A model generated the notes under the pieces. It searched no databases. It was not told where the DNA came from and was given only the letters and a program-made list of their open reading frames with translations. Position numbers and translations under genes: made by a program. 64,000 bases of DNA from Picochlorum sp. SENEW3. Its lineage: Eukaryota. The stretch spans positions 620,001-684,000 of the forward strand of contig CP120462.1 of assembly GCA_034226945.1 (NCBI GenBank), read 5' to 3'. This document shows positions 24,893-36,328 of the stretch, one piece after another; position 1 is the first letter of the stretch, and each line of letters starts with the position of its first letter.

Positions 24893-25807
24893 ATGACACG
24901 GCGAGTGGCAAAATTATCAACTGTTTCACTTTCACAGGGGAATGGAGTGAGTCGACGGGGTTCTGCGAGGCATCGTCATCGCCATGCGATTCAAAAGACT
25001 GGGGCAATTGGCAAGCCTGCGATTCGCCGATTGGCGAGGCGAGCTGGTGTGAAGAGGATTAGCCAAGGTATCTATGAAGAGGCTCCTGAAGCATTGAAGA
25101 GGTGGCTGAGGACAATGGTGCACGATGCGACAGTGTATGCTGACCATGCAAAGAGGTTTACAATAACAACGAATGATATTCTGTTGGCGTTGAAGAAGAA
25201 TGGGGTGACCTTGTATGGATATGCCTTTACGGAGAAGAGAGAACGTTTGACGAAGAAGATGACGGCGTCGAGTTTGCAAGCTGCTGCTGCCAAGGTGAAG
25301 GCTCGCAGAGCATCAACAACGCCTGCCAAGGGTGCAGCTGAGAGGAGGGTAGAATCGGTTGCCACACCTGCTCAGGAGCAGCAGCAAGAAGAAGAAGAGA
25401 ATGCTAGTACTCAATTGACGCCAGCGAATATTGTTGAAAATAGGCGTGTTTCTGTAGGGAAGAAGAAGGCAACACCTCAGAGTGGAAGGAGGAATGCACT
25501 GGCACCAAAAACACCACAGGATGTGGCACAGAATGATGGCGGGGTTACAAGTGTGTCACCGGAAAGGGCACAGGACATTCAAACGAGTCTTAGTTCGTTC
25601 AGAGATACTGTTATTGCAAGACAGGCGTCTAGTGATGCTCCAGTGCCAAAGGTTGTGGACTGGGTGTCTGCGCATTTGCTTGGCCGAGGAAAAGAGGCGT
25701 GTTCAATGGCAGAAATGGATATTGTGCTGGAAGCATTGAGCGATAGAGACGCATTGATGGTTACCCATGATGATGAGCATTCCTTCAAGACTGTTTGGTT
25801 TATATAG
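24893..25807 (+). CDS. Divergent histone H4-like protein with ~190-aa C-terminal extension
   Basis: KPAIRRLARRAGVKRISQGIYEE..DATVYADHAKRFTITTNDILLALKKNGVTLYGY aligns to the H4 core. The ORF continues without a stop to 304 aa. Confidence 0.85.
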   Translation: MTRRVAKLSTVSLSQGNGVSRRGSARHRHRHAIQKTGAIGKPAIRRLARRAGVKRISQGIYEEAPEALKRWLRTMVHDATVYADHAKRFTITTNDILLALKKNGVTLYGYAFTEKRERLTKKMTASSLQAAAAKVKARRASTTPAKGAAERRVESVATPAQEQQQEEEENASTQLTPANIVENRRVSVGKKKATPQSGRRNALAPKTPQDVAQNDGGVTSVSPERAQDIQTSLSSFRDTVIARQASSDAPVPKVVDWVSAHLLGRGKEACSMAEMDIVLEALSDRDALMVTHDDEHSFKTVWFI

Positions 25808-25871
25808 TGTTCTGGTTTTCTTCTTTGTAATTGTGCATTAAACATGTGGAAAAATACAATATCATGTGTGA

Positions 25872-28800
25872 TCAGAAATAGTCTTGCAGAGGAACTTGCT
25901 CGAGTCCCCCATCCTTCATACCTCTGAGAGCTTGTACTGTAGCGCGGGCACCTGCGACTGTTGTGATGAGTGGGACCTTGGCTCCCAGGGCAAGGCGGCG
26001 GAGGTCTTTTCCATCTCTGACATCAGCCTCATCTCCAGCAGTGGTGATGAACATCATTTGGATATCCCCATTCTTGAGCAGATCTCCAGCATTTGGACGG
26101 CCTTCTTGAATCTTGAGGATGGTCTCCACGTTTGGTACACCAGCTGCTGTCAATGCTGCACCAGTGTTTTGTGTGGCAAGAATGCCATAACCCATCTCTG
26201 CCAATTCCTTGGCAATTGGCACTGCTGCTTCCTTGTACTGATCCATCATGGAAATGAAGATATTTCCTGATTCTGGGAGTTTCTGTCCGGCCGCAATGGC
26301 CGCCTTGGCATATGCTTTCGCAAAGCTGGTATCCAATCCCATGACTTCACCAGTAGATCGCATCTCAGGTCCGAGGAGCGTGTCAGCTCCTGGGAATTTA
26401 TCGAATGGCAAGACGGCCTCTTTCACAGCGACATGATCTAACTTCAACTCCTCTGTGAAATTGAGATCTTTGAGTGTCTTTCCGGACATGATCAGTGATG
26501 CATACTTGGCAAGTGGGTGGCCAATGGCTTTTGCCACGAATGGGACTGTTCTGGATGCTCTGGGATTGGCCTCGATAATGTAAACCTGATTATCCTGAAC
26601 TGCGTATTGGATATTGATCAAACCAATGACTCCAAGTTCTCTGGCAATTTTTGGAGTCCAATCTCGGATAACGTCCAAACACTCCTCGCTGATGGTCTGT
26701 GGTGGAATGGAGCATGCTGAATCTCCAGAGTGGACACCAGCCTGCTCAATATGCTGCATGATACCACAAATCACAACATTGCCTTCCGCATCTGCCAAAG
26801 CATCTACATCCAACTCGTCAGCCCTGTCGAGATATTTATCCACCAACACGGGCCTCTCTGGATCAACTTCTACAGCAGTGTTGATGTATCGTGACACATC
26901 CTTCTCAGAGTACACAATTTCCATGGCTCTTCCACCCAACACAAATGATGGGCGAACCATGACAGGGAAACCGAGATTCTTTGCAATACTCACGGCCTCT
27001 TCCTCATTTGTCGCAACTCCTCCGGGTGGCTGCCTAATATCAAGCTTATTCAAAAGAGCCATCCACCTATCTCTATCCTCAGCATCATCAATGGAGTCTG
27101 GGTGTGTACCCCAGATTTTGACATTTCCTTGTCCCGAAGCAGCTGGAATTGGATTCTCTTCCAACCACCTGGCCAACGGTGTGGCCAATTTCAGGGGTGT
27201 CTGTCCACCGAATTGGACAATGATGCCATCTGGGCGCTCCTTCTCAATCACATTGAGCACATCCTCAACAGTCAATGGCTCAAAGTACAAGCGGGAGGAT
27301 GTATCATAATCTGTCGAAACAGTCTCAGGGTTGGAGTTCATCATAATTGTTTCATATCCAGCATCTCTGAGAGAAAATGATGCATGGCAGCAACAGTAAT
27401 CAAACTCAATTCCCTGACCAATTCTGTTTGGCCCTCCACCAAGAATCAAAACTTTTTTATTCGTGGACGAATTGCATTCACATTCACCATCATATGAAGA
27501 ATACATATATGGTGTATCGGCCTGGAACTCTGCGGCGCAGGTATCCACACGCTTCATGGATGGCACGACGCCCAAGGCTGTCCTGGCTGCACGAACAGCA
27601 GCTTGGTCCACGTTCATTGCCATTGCAATCTGTGCATCACTGAATCCTCTCTGCTTAATCTCCCTGAAATCATTCTCACTCAAATCGCTCAATGCCTTTG
27701 TCTTCATCCACTCCTCTGTAACATGCAAGTCATGCATCTGCCTCAAGAACCATGGGTCGATAGAAGTGTACTCGTGGATATCATCCACTGTCATCCCATC
27801 CTCAAATGCTTGCTTAATCACAATCATTCTATCAGGATTTGGTACACGCATGTTGTACACAACCTTGTCGGCTGGAAGTCTCTTCCAATTCTTTGGAAGC
27901 GACCATCCATCAAGTCCAGTCTCCAACGATCTCAAGGCCTTCTGGAATGACTCCTGGAACGTTCTTCCAATAGCCATAGACTCTCCTACAGACTTCATCT
28001 GCGTTGTCAACACGGCTTCAGAACCAGGGAACTTTTCAAAAGCAAATCTGGGAATCTTGGTCACCACGTAATCAATCGATGGCTCGAACGATGCAGGTGT
28101 CTTGAGTGTGATATCATTTGGAATCTGATCAAGCGTGTTTCCGCACGCCAAACGAGCAGCCATCTTTGCAATAGGGAATCCAGTAGCCTTGGAAGCCAAT
28201 GCTGACGAACGCGACACACGTGGATTCATCTCAATAATCACCATATCTCCATTGGCAGGATTGATAGCCATCTGCACATTCGACCCTCCACACTCAACTC
28301 CCATCTCTCTGATAATGGCAACAGACGCATCTCTCAAACGCTGATACTCCTTATCCGTAATTGTCTGAGAAGGAGCAACGGTAATCGAATCTCCTGTATG
28401 AACACCCATAGGATCCACATTCTCAATCGAACAAATAATGACGACATTATCTGCAAGATCCCTCATCACTTCCAACTCATACTCCTTCCATCCCAACAGC
28501 GACTGCTCAATCTGTACCTGAGATGTCATGGACGCATCCAACCCACTCTTGCAAATGGTCATAAACTCGTCCATATTATACGCAATACCTCCTCCTGTTC
28601 CTCCTAGAGTAAACGCTGGTCGAATAATCAAAGGAAACTGCCCAATCTCATCATGCGCCTTGAGCGCCTCTTCCATCGTCGTAGCAATGCAAGACTTTGC
28701 CATTTTCAACCCGAGACGATCCATGGCATCAGCAAACAGCTCCCTATCCTCTGCCTTGTTGATCGACTCCAACTTGGCCCCAATCAACTCCACATTATGC

Positions 28801-29617
28801 TTGTCCAAAATCCCAGCTTCAGACAACCCCTTGGCCAAATTCAACGCCGTCTGACCTCCCATTGTCGGCAAAATGGCATCAGGCTTTTCCTTGATGATGA
28901 TCTTCTCCACCAACTCTGGAGTCATGGGCCCAACATAGGTACGATCAGCAGTCTCTGGATCCGTCATAATAGTTGCTGGATTCGAGTTCACCAAAACCAC
29001 TCGATACCCCTCTGCCTTCAACGCTTTACACGCTTGCGTTCCAGAGTAGTCAAACTCGCATGCCTGCAATCAACCACCCACAACACACATCAACACCCTT
29101 CCTGTACAAGCCCTACACTCGACCCTCGAGGGTTTTGAAAACAACCCACCCATCATCCACCGGCACCCCATCTACCCACTTTTTATATCCGATATAGCAC
29201 ATGCATGCAATATATCACCCAATATACCCATAAAAAGCACCTATACGACACCCAAACGCATGACCAGCCCGATGCAGACCAGACGCATACCTGCCCAATA
29301 ACAATCGGTCCAGCCCCAAGGAGCATAATTGTCTTGATATCAGTCCGTTTCGCCACTCTCTGAACCGCAGTATCCCACGCAGTGAAAGGAACTTGGTCAC
29401 TGGAATCACCAACAGGGGCTGCAACAGCACGACACGTCAAACCTGTCCTTTTCTGTGATCTGACACCCGATGGTACATGTTTCTGTCGGATCAACTGTAT
29501 CCCAGTACTCCATGTCACCCCAGAGGATGGTGTCAGCGACGTCGACCTTGCAAGGACCCCAGCAGCATGCCCTCGTCGTTGAGATGGAGCGTTGACGCAG
29601 CTCGTCGCCGTCTTCAT
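25872..29617 (-). CDS. carB: Carbamoyl-phosphate synthase large chain, plastid-targeted; 2 exons (29617-29291, 29063-25872)
   Basis: Transit peptide, then [79 protein letters not shown] domain. Confidence 0.97.
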
Positions 29618-29849
29618 CCTACGTATATATGCCAGTCGTAATTGTTATAAAATTTGTTGAATAGGGAGGGCAGGTTTGGGGGTGTTGAATTCATACCATT
29701 CTGATGAAGATCTCTAATAGCTTAAGCTAGCTTAGAGATCTAAGCTTAGAGATCTCCAACCAAAGTTTCAGCAGGCTGATCAGAGATCCTGTTCGAATCT
29801 GGTTCACATGCGCCATACGTATTGATGATATCAATATTTTTAAAAAAAG

Positions 29850-31080
29850 ATGGTTTTGTACATCATAGGATTGGGATTGGCGGATGAGAAGGACATTACT
29901 GTCAAGTACGTTGACATGCATGTTTGTCCTTGCTCTAAGAGCAAGGACACTCTTCTTCTGAATGTGTGGTAGAGAAGAAATACAAAGCGGACAGATGGCT
30001 TGCGTTCTATACGCATCAGCATTGGTATTAATTTAAAACATGTGTGAATGAATACAGGGGGTTGGAGGCTGTGAAGAAATGTGAACAAGTGTACCTAGAG
30101 TCATATACTTCCTTGTTATTGGTTCCTCGGGAGCGATTGGTGCGTTGTGGCAACCTTTTTTTTTTCCTGATGGTTTCGATCGTGATGATGAAGAAGAAGA
30201 AGAAGAAGACTGGGTTTTCTTCTTTTCTCTTTCTGCATCATCATCATGTCTTTATGCTACTACTACTACTACCCTTGTCGCAAACATGCCCTGATGAAAA
30301 GTATGAAAAGTATGATGATGATGATGCAGGAAGAGTTTTATGGGAAATCTATTATTGATGCCGATAGAGAGTTGGTAGAAATGGTATGACGCCTATGCAC
30401 TTCGAGAGAAAACATGATGATGATGTACATACAATTGACAACACCATGCATGCCATATGTAGGGAGCTGATACGATTCTGGAGGGGGCTGCTGATACGGA
30501 TGTTGCATTTCTCGTGGTCGGGGATCCATTTGGAGCGACGACGCATACTGATTTGGAACTTCGAGCGAGGGAATTAGACATTCCTGTGAAGAAGATTCAC
30601 AATGCATCCATCATGAATGCTATTGGTGCTGCTGGGTTGCAGCTCTACAGGTATGGGGAGACTGTGTCCATTGTATTTTTCACAGAGACGTGGCGACCGG
30701 ATAGCTTTTACGATAAGATATTGAGTAATAGAAAGAATGGGTTGCATACATTATGTTTGTTGGATATCAAGACAAAGGAACCGTCTCTGGAAAGTCTTGC
30801 CAGAGGAAAGGTGGTGTATGAGCCACCCCGCTTCATGTCTATTCATACAGCTGTGGAGCAGTTGCTCGAGATTGAAGACAAGAGGAAAGAAGGAGCGTAT
30901 TCAAAGGATACCATGTGTATTGGTGTCGCTCGGATAGGGTCGGATGAGCAGCAAATTGTTGCTGGGACCATGGAATCGCTGCTCGAGGTTGATTTTGGTC
31001 CTCCACTGCATTCCCTGATACTTGCCGGTGACTTGCATACCATAGAAGAGGAAATTCTAGAGTTTTTTAAGCAAAAATAA
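29850..31080 (+). CDS. DPH5: Diphthine methyl ester synthase; 4 exons (29850-29905, 30058-30139, 30330-30383, 30462-31080)
   Basis: [78 protein letters not shown]. Confidence 0.95.
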
Positions 31081-31096
31081 TACTAGTTTTGTAATA

Positions 31097-32909
31097 ATGA
31101 AACGACAGAAAGAGTTGGAAGAGGCCCGAAAGGCTGGTTTAGCGGAGCCAGAGGTACGCAAACAATAATTTTTTTCTCTGGATTGACACATGCAGCAGCG
31201 GCAACACCAATATGGCCAACAGCATTATTGCTGTTGAGAGCATCATGTGCATGTATATATGAGGACATGAATACGACTGACGGTGTCTGTTTGCTTGAAC
31301 ATGCAGTTGGACGAGGATGGAAAACCAATTAATCCCCACATTCCTCAGTTTATGGCCAGTGCTCCGTGGTATTTGAACGAAGATAAGCCTACATTGAAGC
31401 ATCAGAAGAATTGGAAGGGTGAAGAGAAGAAGGAGACGACATGGTATGACCGTGGTGCCAAGGTGTTTCAGGCAACCAAGTATCGAAAGGGTGCTTGTAC
31501 AAAGTACGTGGGTGTTGGTATATATGTATGGGTATGTCGGGTATGTGAATGATGTCGAGCTCTTTTTTTAATGTAGTTGTGGGTCCATGTCTCATAAGAC
31601 CAAGGATTGTATGGAGAGACCAAGGGTGAAGGGGGCCAAGTATACAAATAAGAATATAGCTGCGGATGACAAGATTCAGGACATTGATATTCATGGGTTT
31701 GAGGCAAAGAGAGATCGGTGGAATGGATATGATGAACGTGAATGGGTCAAGCATGCGCAAAAGTTTGAAGAGGTGCAGAATTTGAGGCAAGAGTTGCGTA
31801 AGAAGGAATTGTTGGAGAAGAAGTTTGAGGGGGAGTTGGAGGATGTAGATGGGGCATTGCGGACAGAGGAAGATAAGTTTGTGGAAGAGGAGGATGCGGC
31901 GTTTGGAAAGGTGAAAGTTCGAGCGAAAAGTGCGGGTGGGGGTGAATCAGGGACGGTGAGGAATCTTCGGATTCGAGAGGATACAGCAAAGTATCTGTTG
32001 AATTTGGATGTAGACTCTGCGTATTACGACCCCAAGTCTCGATCGATGCGAGAGGATCCTAATCCGGAGAAAGATCCTTCAGAGAAGACATTTGCGGGTG
32101 ATAATTTCGTCAAGCAGTCTGGACAGGCCCAAGGGTTCCAGCAGCTCAACTTGTTTAGTGTCATGGGGGGTGAACGGGGACAGGAAGTGCATTTACAGGC
32201 GACGCCATCCCAGGCAGAGGTGTCGTTCAGAGCAGTGCAGGAGCGCAAAAAATTATTACAGACGAATACGTCCAAGGATGTTTTAGAAAAGTATGGCAAT
32301 GTAGCTGAAAAGCCATCTGAGGAAGTCAAAGCTCTGCGAGGCACAGAGGCGTATGTAGAATACGATGCCAGTGGTAGGGTGATACGAGGACAAGAAATCA
32401 AAGCACTTAGTCGGTATGAGGAAGATGTGCATCCTGGTAACCATACATCTGTATGGGGAAGCTGGTATTCTGATGGAGTGTGGGGCTATGCATGTTGTCA
32501 TCAGACAACACGGAATGCATACTGTACTGGAGAGGATGGGAAGAAGGCTCGTCTCGTGACAAATACTGGCAATGCTGTGCGCGACGAAGAGCCGCCATCT
32601 CCGACTCGTCGAAATATTCCTGTACCTCCACATGGGGCGGAGATCTGGGGTACAGACTCTGCCAAAGATGTTGATGAAGAAAAGTTGCAAAAAGCGATAG
32701 AGCATCAGGAAAGAATGGAACACGCGAATGAATCCAATGATACAAAGAAGCGACAGCATTACTCAGGGGATGAAGGACTTGATGTCTCGGCCGAGGATAT
32801 GGAGGCGTACCGATTGAAACGCTCTCGAGGTGATGATCCTCTCATGGCCATAGAAAAGCAAAAGGCCCTGCTCAAGGGTGGGTCAAAGCAGGGATACGAT
32901 TTTGTTTGA
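31097..32909 (+). CDS. SLU7: Pre-mRNA splicing factor SLU7; 3 exons (31097-31153, 31307-31503, 31577-32909)
   Basis: ELEEARKAG..E|LDEDGKPINPHIPQF..PWYL, zinc knuckle CTNCGSMSHKTKDC, KRDRWNGYD, RNLRIREDTAKYLLNL..YYDPKSRSMR, NHTSVWGS..WGYACC. Confidence 0.95.
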
Positions 32910-32937
32910 TACACGATGTAAGAAAGTAATGGACATA

Positions 32938-34527
32938 TTAAGGAGCCAGGGATTCGAGGAAACCGCATGAAAACGACTCTTTGCTGCATGCATGAAGCAC
33001 CTTTGCATTGTTGGACCACTGTAAATTCAGTCCTCGGAACTTTTCATCAGCCACATGCACACACGTGGCCGCTTGAGGCCCCCATATGTACACACTGCGG
33101 CTTCCGCAAACGAGATACAACGTATCTGATTCGTCTGGTCTCCATCGAAAATCGCGAATCGGAGCCATATGAATCAGGACAGTATCCAGAACAAGTTCGC
33201 ACGCATCCCATACCCAGGCCACATGCGGTCGATCTTCACATGTTGACGCAATAAATCTCCCCGTCGGACTCCAAAACAATTTCTGTACCCCCATGGGTGG
33301 GTTCACCTCATCAGAACCTACTCGAGGTGCAGGCAACTTTACAGGGAGTGACAGCTCTGTGTACTGTGTTGTGATTGTGGGAGCAATAGCACCATCAACT
33401 GACATGTTCAGGGGATGCCTTTGGTTGCTTGAGCGCAATGATGACCTCGCCCCACTCTTCTTGGGAGATGGATAACACGATTCTTCTTTTGGAGCGCTAC
33501 TCTTTCTCAAGTAGGCATCCAGGACATCTTCTTCCTCTGCCGAGTCCGTGGCTTCTGCCTCCTGCTCCACTTCCACAAAGGCAGCCACCATTGGGTGACT
33601 GGTCTCATCAACAACCACCCCGTGCTTCATCACATGCATTTCCCGCCATGTCACTGTATTCAACAGCTTCACATCGGTATCATACGTTCCTATAGCCAGC
33701 GCATGCCCCGACGGAGACCACTGCACTGTACGGATACCCAATCCAGACTGGGATGCCCACGAGGCTGTGTGCACCACCTCATGCTGGGATACAACCACCA
33801 AGCGTGGCCCAGCATACACAGCATCCCACACGGCAATGTACCTCGAGTCAGGACTCCACACCATGCCTGCTGCATTCATCGTATCGATGGACACATCCGC
33901 CAGCAGACTCCACTCACCAACACCATACAAGAGCACAGAATCCTTGCAGTCTTTCCTCACCAACACAGCCACCATACGCCCATCTGGGCTGATGCCAATG
34001 CCATAGCTATTCGCAAATTTGGGACACCGTATAACCCCATAGTCACACGACGAGTCTTTCAACGACCACAATGCCAACTTTGCCTGGAATTCAGACACAA
34101 CAAAGACATGATCACCAGTCGGACTCCATGTCGCATAGGCCACACCAGCAAGAGGCTCCGTCCGACTGCACATCCACGACGACGAAGACTCCTCCTCGCT
34201 CATAGATACAACACAGAATACAGACACAGCCGCCCTCTTTGGCATGCAAGCCAATATGTATGCTCCATTCGGTGACCATTCCAAGTAGCTTGGAGGAGAC
34301 AAGCACGTCACATAAGACACCACAGACAGAGTATCGACATTTCTGACTACAATATTGGTTTTATCAACAACACTAGCAACTAAATCCCCTGATGGAGAAA
34401 ACACAGGCAACGTAGACGTGGAACAAGACATTGTCTCGCTCCATTCCAACGGAATCCCAACGCCCTCGACAGCATCATCCGTGTCATCCCTTAAAGCCTC
34501 ATCCTGATATATACGTATCTCTGTCAT
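32938..34527 (-). CDS. WRAP73: WD40-repeat protein WRAP73/WDR8-like
   Basis: FSPSG, WSPNG, SEFQAKLALWSL, RKDCKDSV, WSPDS, GLGIRTVQWSPSG..IGTYD..LNTVTW. Confidence 0.8.
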   Translation of the reverse strand: MTEIRIYQDEALRDDTDDAVEGVGIPLEWSETMSCSTSTLPVFSPSGDLVASVVDKTNIVVRNVDTLSVVSYVTCLSPPSYLEWSPNGAYILACMPKRAAVSVFCVVSMSEEESSSSWMCSRTEPLAGVAYATWSPTGDHVFVVSEFQAKLALWSLKDSSCDYGVIRCPKFANSYGIGISPDGRMVAVLVRKDCKDSVLLYGVGEWSLLADVSIDTMNAAGMVWSPDSRYIAVWDAVYAGPRLVVVSQHEVVHTASWASQSGLGIRTVQWSPSGHALAIGTYDTDVKLLNTVTWREMHVMKHGVVVDETSHPMVAAFVEVEQEAEATDSAEEEDVLDAYLRKSSAPKEESCYPSPKKSGARSSLRSSNQRHPLNMSVDGAIAPTITTQYTELSLPVKLPAPRVGSDEVNPPMGVQKLFWSPTGRFIASTCEDRPHVAWVWDACELVLDTVLIHMAPIRDFRWRPDESDTLYLVCGSRSVYIWGPQAATCVHVADEKFRGLNLQWSNNAKVLHACSKESFSCGFLESLAP

Positions 34528-34836
34528 ACTATATATAGCAATAGATATTGTAATCTACGCACTGGCCTCGCGAGGTTGTCAAGTATCAACAGGCAGATGA
34601 CCGTTGGATATTCTTAATTCCATATGCCCCCATTTAAGTTCATTATAATGTTCTAATTAGAACTCGCCTCCCACACACACAAATTCATTATTGTGTCCAT
34701 GAATTGATTCATAGATTTTAAAAAATAGTACGCATGTGAAGCAGCATGGCCCTTTACGGTAATGGACCCCACAAGGTTGTTCGTTGATACCTTGTGTCAG
34801 TAGTTACGGACGACCCCACCAGCTGCAGTACTGTAC

Positions 34837-35964
34837 ATGGACTCATTCGATATCGAAACGACGTCACGACGTCATGCTGATACAAAGGATGAGGAGGAAA
34901 AGGCGAGATTACTGCGGAATGACACCGAGGAGGAGGAGGAGCATAGTCACCATGAAGAAGAAGAACGAGGGTTGCACATGAGCAAAGCCATTGTGCTGTG
35001 CTGCATTCTGACCATTGCATCATGCTCTTCTTCCATCCTTGCACAGCTTTCCAAGCATGGTGAATCAGGTCAATATGGGTACCATACATCAACGGTGCCC
35101 GTGCTCTCAGAGTTTACCAAGCTGGTCATATCAGTTGGCATTGTTGGGTATGACTACACACAGACTGGGTCAATCCATGCACCGCTGTGGACTGTGAAAG
35201 AATTTTGCACCAAATACCTCGTGATTGGTTTTCTATACGCAATTCAAAACAATTTGGTGTTTATTGCCCTCATGTATCTGGATCCAGGTACCATGGAAGT
35301 GTTGGGCAATCTGAAAATGCCCCTGACTGCTATTCTCATGTCTCTTGTGTTGCACAAAGTCTTTTCCTCCATTCAGATTCTGGGTCTCGCATTGCTCACC
35401 ATTGGTGCCATGCTGTCGAAAGTGAATCTTGTGTCATGTGGAGAGGGACCTGACAAGGATTGCTCGAAAAGCAGAATAGGCATCCTCATCATGATTATCA
35501 TGTGCTGCATCTCAAGCAGCGCATCTGTTGCAAACGAATACCTCCTGAAACACAAGGATAACGGTCCTCTGTTTTGGCAGAATGCTCAGTTGTATCTATC
35601 AACGTGCTTCTTTTCTGTGCTTCACGCAGCATTCATTGATCAAGTACCCATGAATGGTGATTTCTTTGAAGGATATAGTTGGATGACGCTGGCCGTGATT
35701 TTGAATCTAGCCTTGGTGGGTATTATTGTGAGCATCACCCTCAAACACGCCGATAATATAGTGCATGCAATTGCATCCATTCTTGCCATGATTCTAGCAA
35801 CCGTTTTTAGTGTCCTTGCCATGGATGCAGAACTGCACATCCTGTCTGTGTTTGGATTTGCATGCATTGCTGTAGGGGTTTTGCTGTATTTCTTCTCCAA
35901 TGCATGCAACATGCATTGCCTTGCTTCTTTCTATCCTGCTTCTTCCGTTCGTTCTCTTGTATAA
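34837..35964 (+). CDS. Nucleotide-sugar transporter (SLC35A / CMP-sialic acid-UDP-Gal family)
   Basis: About 10 hydrophobic segments. SEFTKL, LYAIQNNL, LGNLKMPLTA, NEYLLK, QNAQLY, LKHADNI. Confidence 0.88.
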   Translation: MDSFDIETTSRRHADTKDEEEKARLLRNDTEEEEEHSHHEEEERGLHMSKAIVLCCILTIASCSSSILAQLSKHGESGQYGYHTSTVPVLSEFTKLVISVGIVGYDYTQTGSIHAPLWTVKEFCTKYLVIGFLYAIQNNLVFIALMYLDPGTMEVLGNLKMPLTAILMSLVLHKVFSSIQILGLALLTIGAMLSKVNLVSCGEGPDKDCSKSRIGILIMIIMCCISSSASVANEYLLKHKDNGPLFWQNAQLYLSTCFFSVLHAAFIDQVPMNGDFFEGYSWMTLAVILNLALVGIIVSITLKHADNIVHAIASILAMILATVFSVLAMDAELHILSVFGFACIAVGVLLYFFSNACNMHCLASFYPASSVRSLV

Positions 35965-36328
35965 GTGACATTGTAATAGTGATATACGAGACTCTGATGC
36001 CCATATATATAGCAGACATCATCACCATGTATGGTATGGTGATGTCGTGGCAGGATCTAAAGCCAAGCAGATCATGCCATATGGAATCATCCACTTTTAG
36101 AGAAAAGAATCGTGTGCCTAGCTCACATCCATGATTAATTTTTTCTATATATATATATATGAATATATATGCGCACAGACAATACGCCTTGAGTGGAGAT
36201 TGTGATTAAAAGAACACTCGCATTAGTATTGTCAGACGGGTTTCGGAGTCTTTACAAATATAGAACAGTATCGTTGATAGACGCCATTGTGACACATTGC
36301 ATCTATACTGGTATATCAATTGATCAAG

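Noticed and set aside
29785..29815. gttcgaatc as a tRNA T-loop
   Set aside because: No T-stem, acceptor stem or D-arm can be formed around it.
32938..34527. WRAP73 as evidence of a cryptic flagellated stage
   Set aside because: WDR8 homologs also act at microtubule nucleation sites in non-flagellated fungi and plants.
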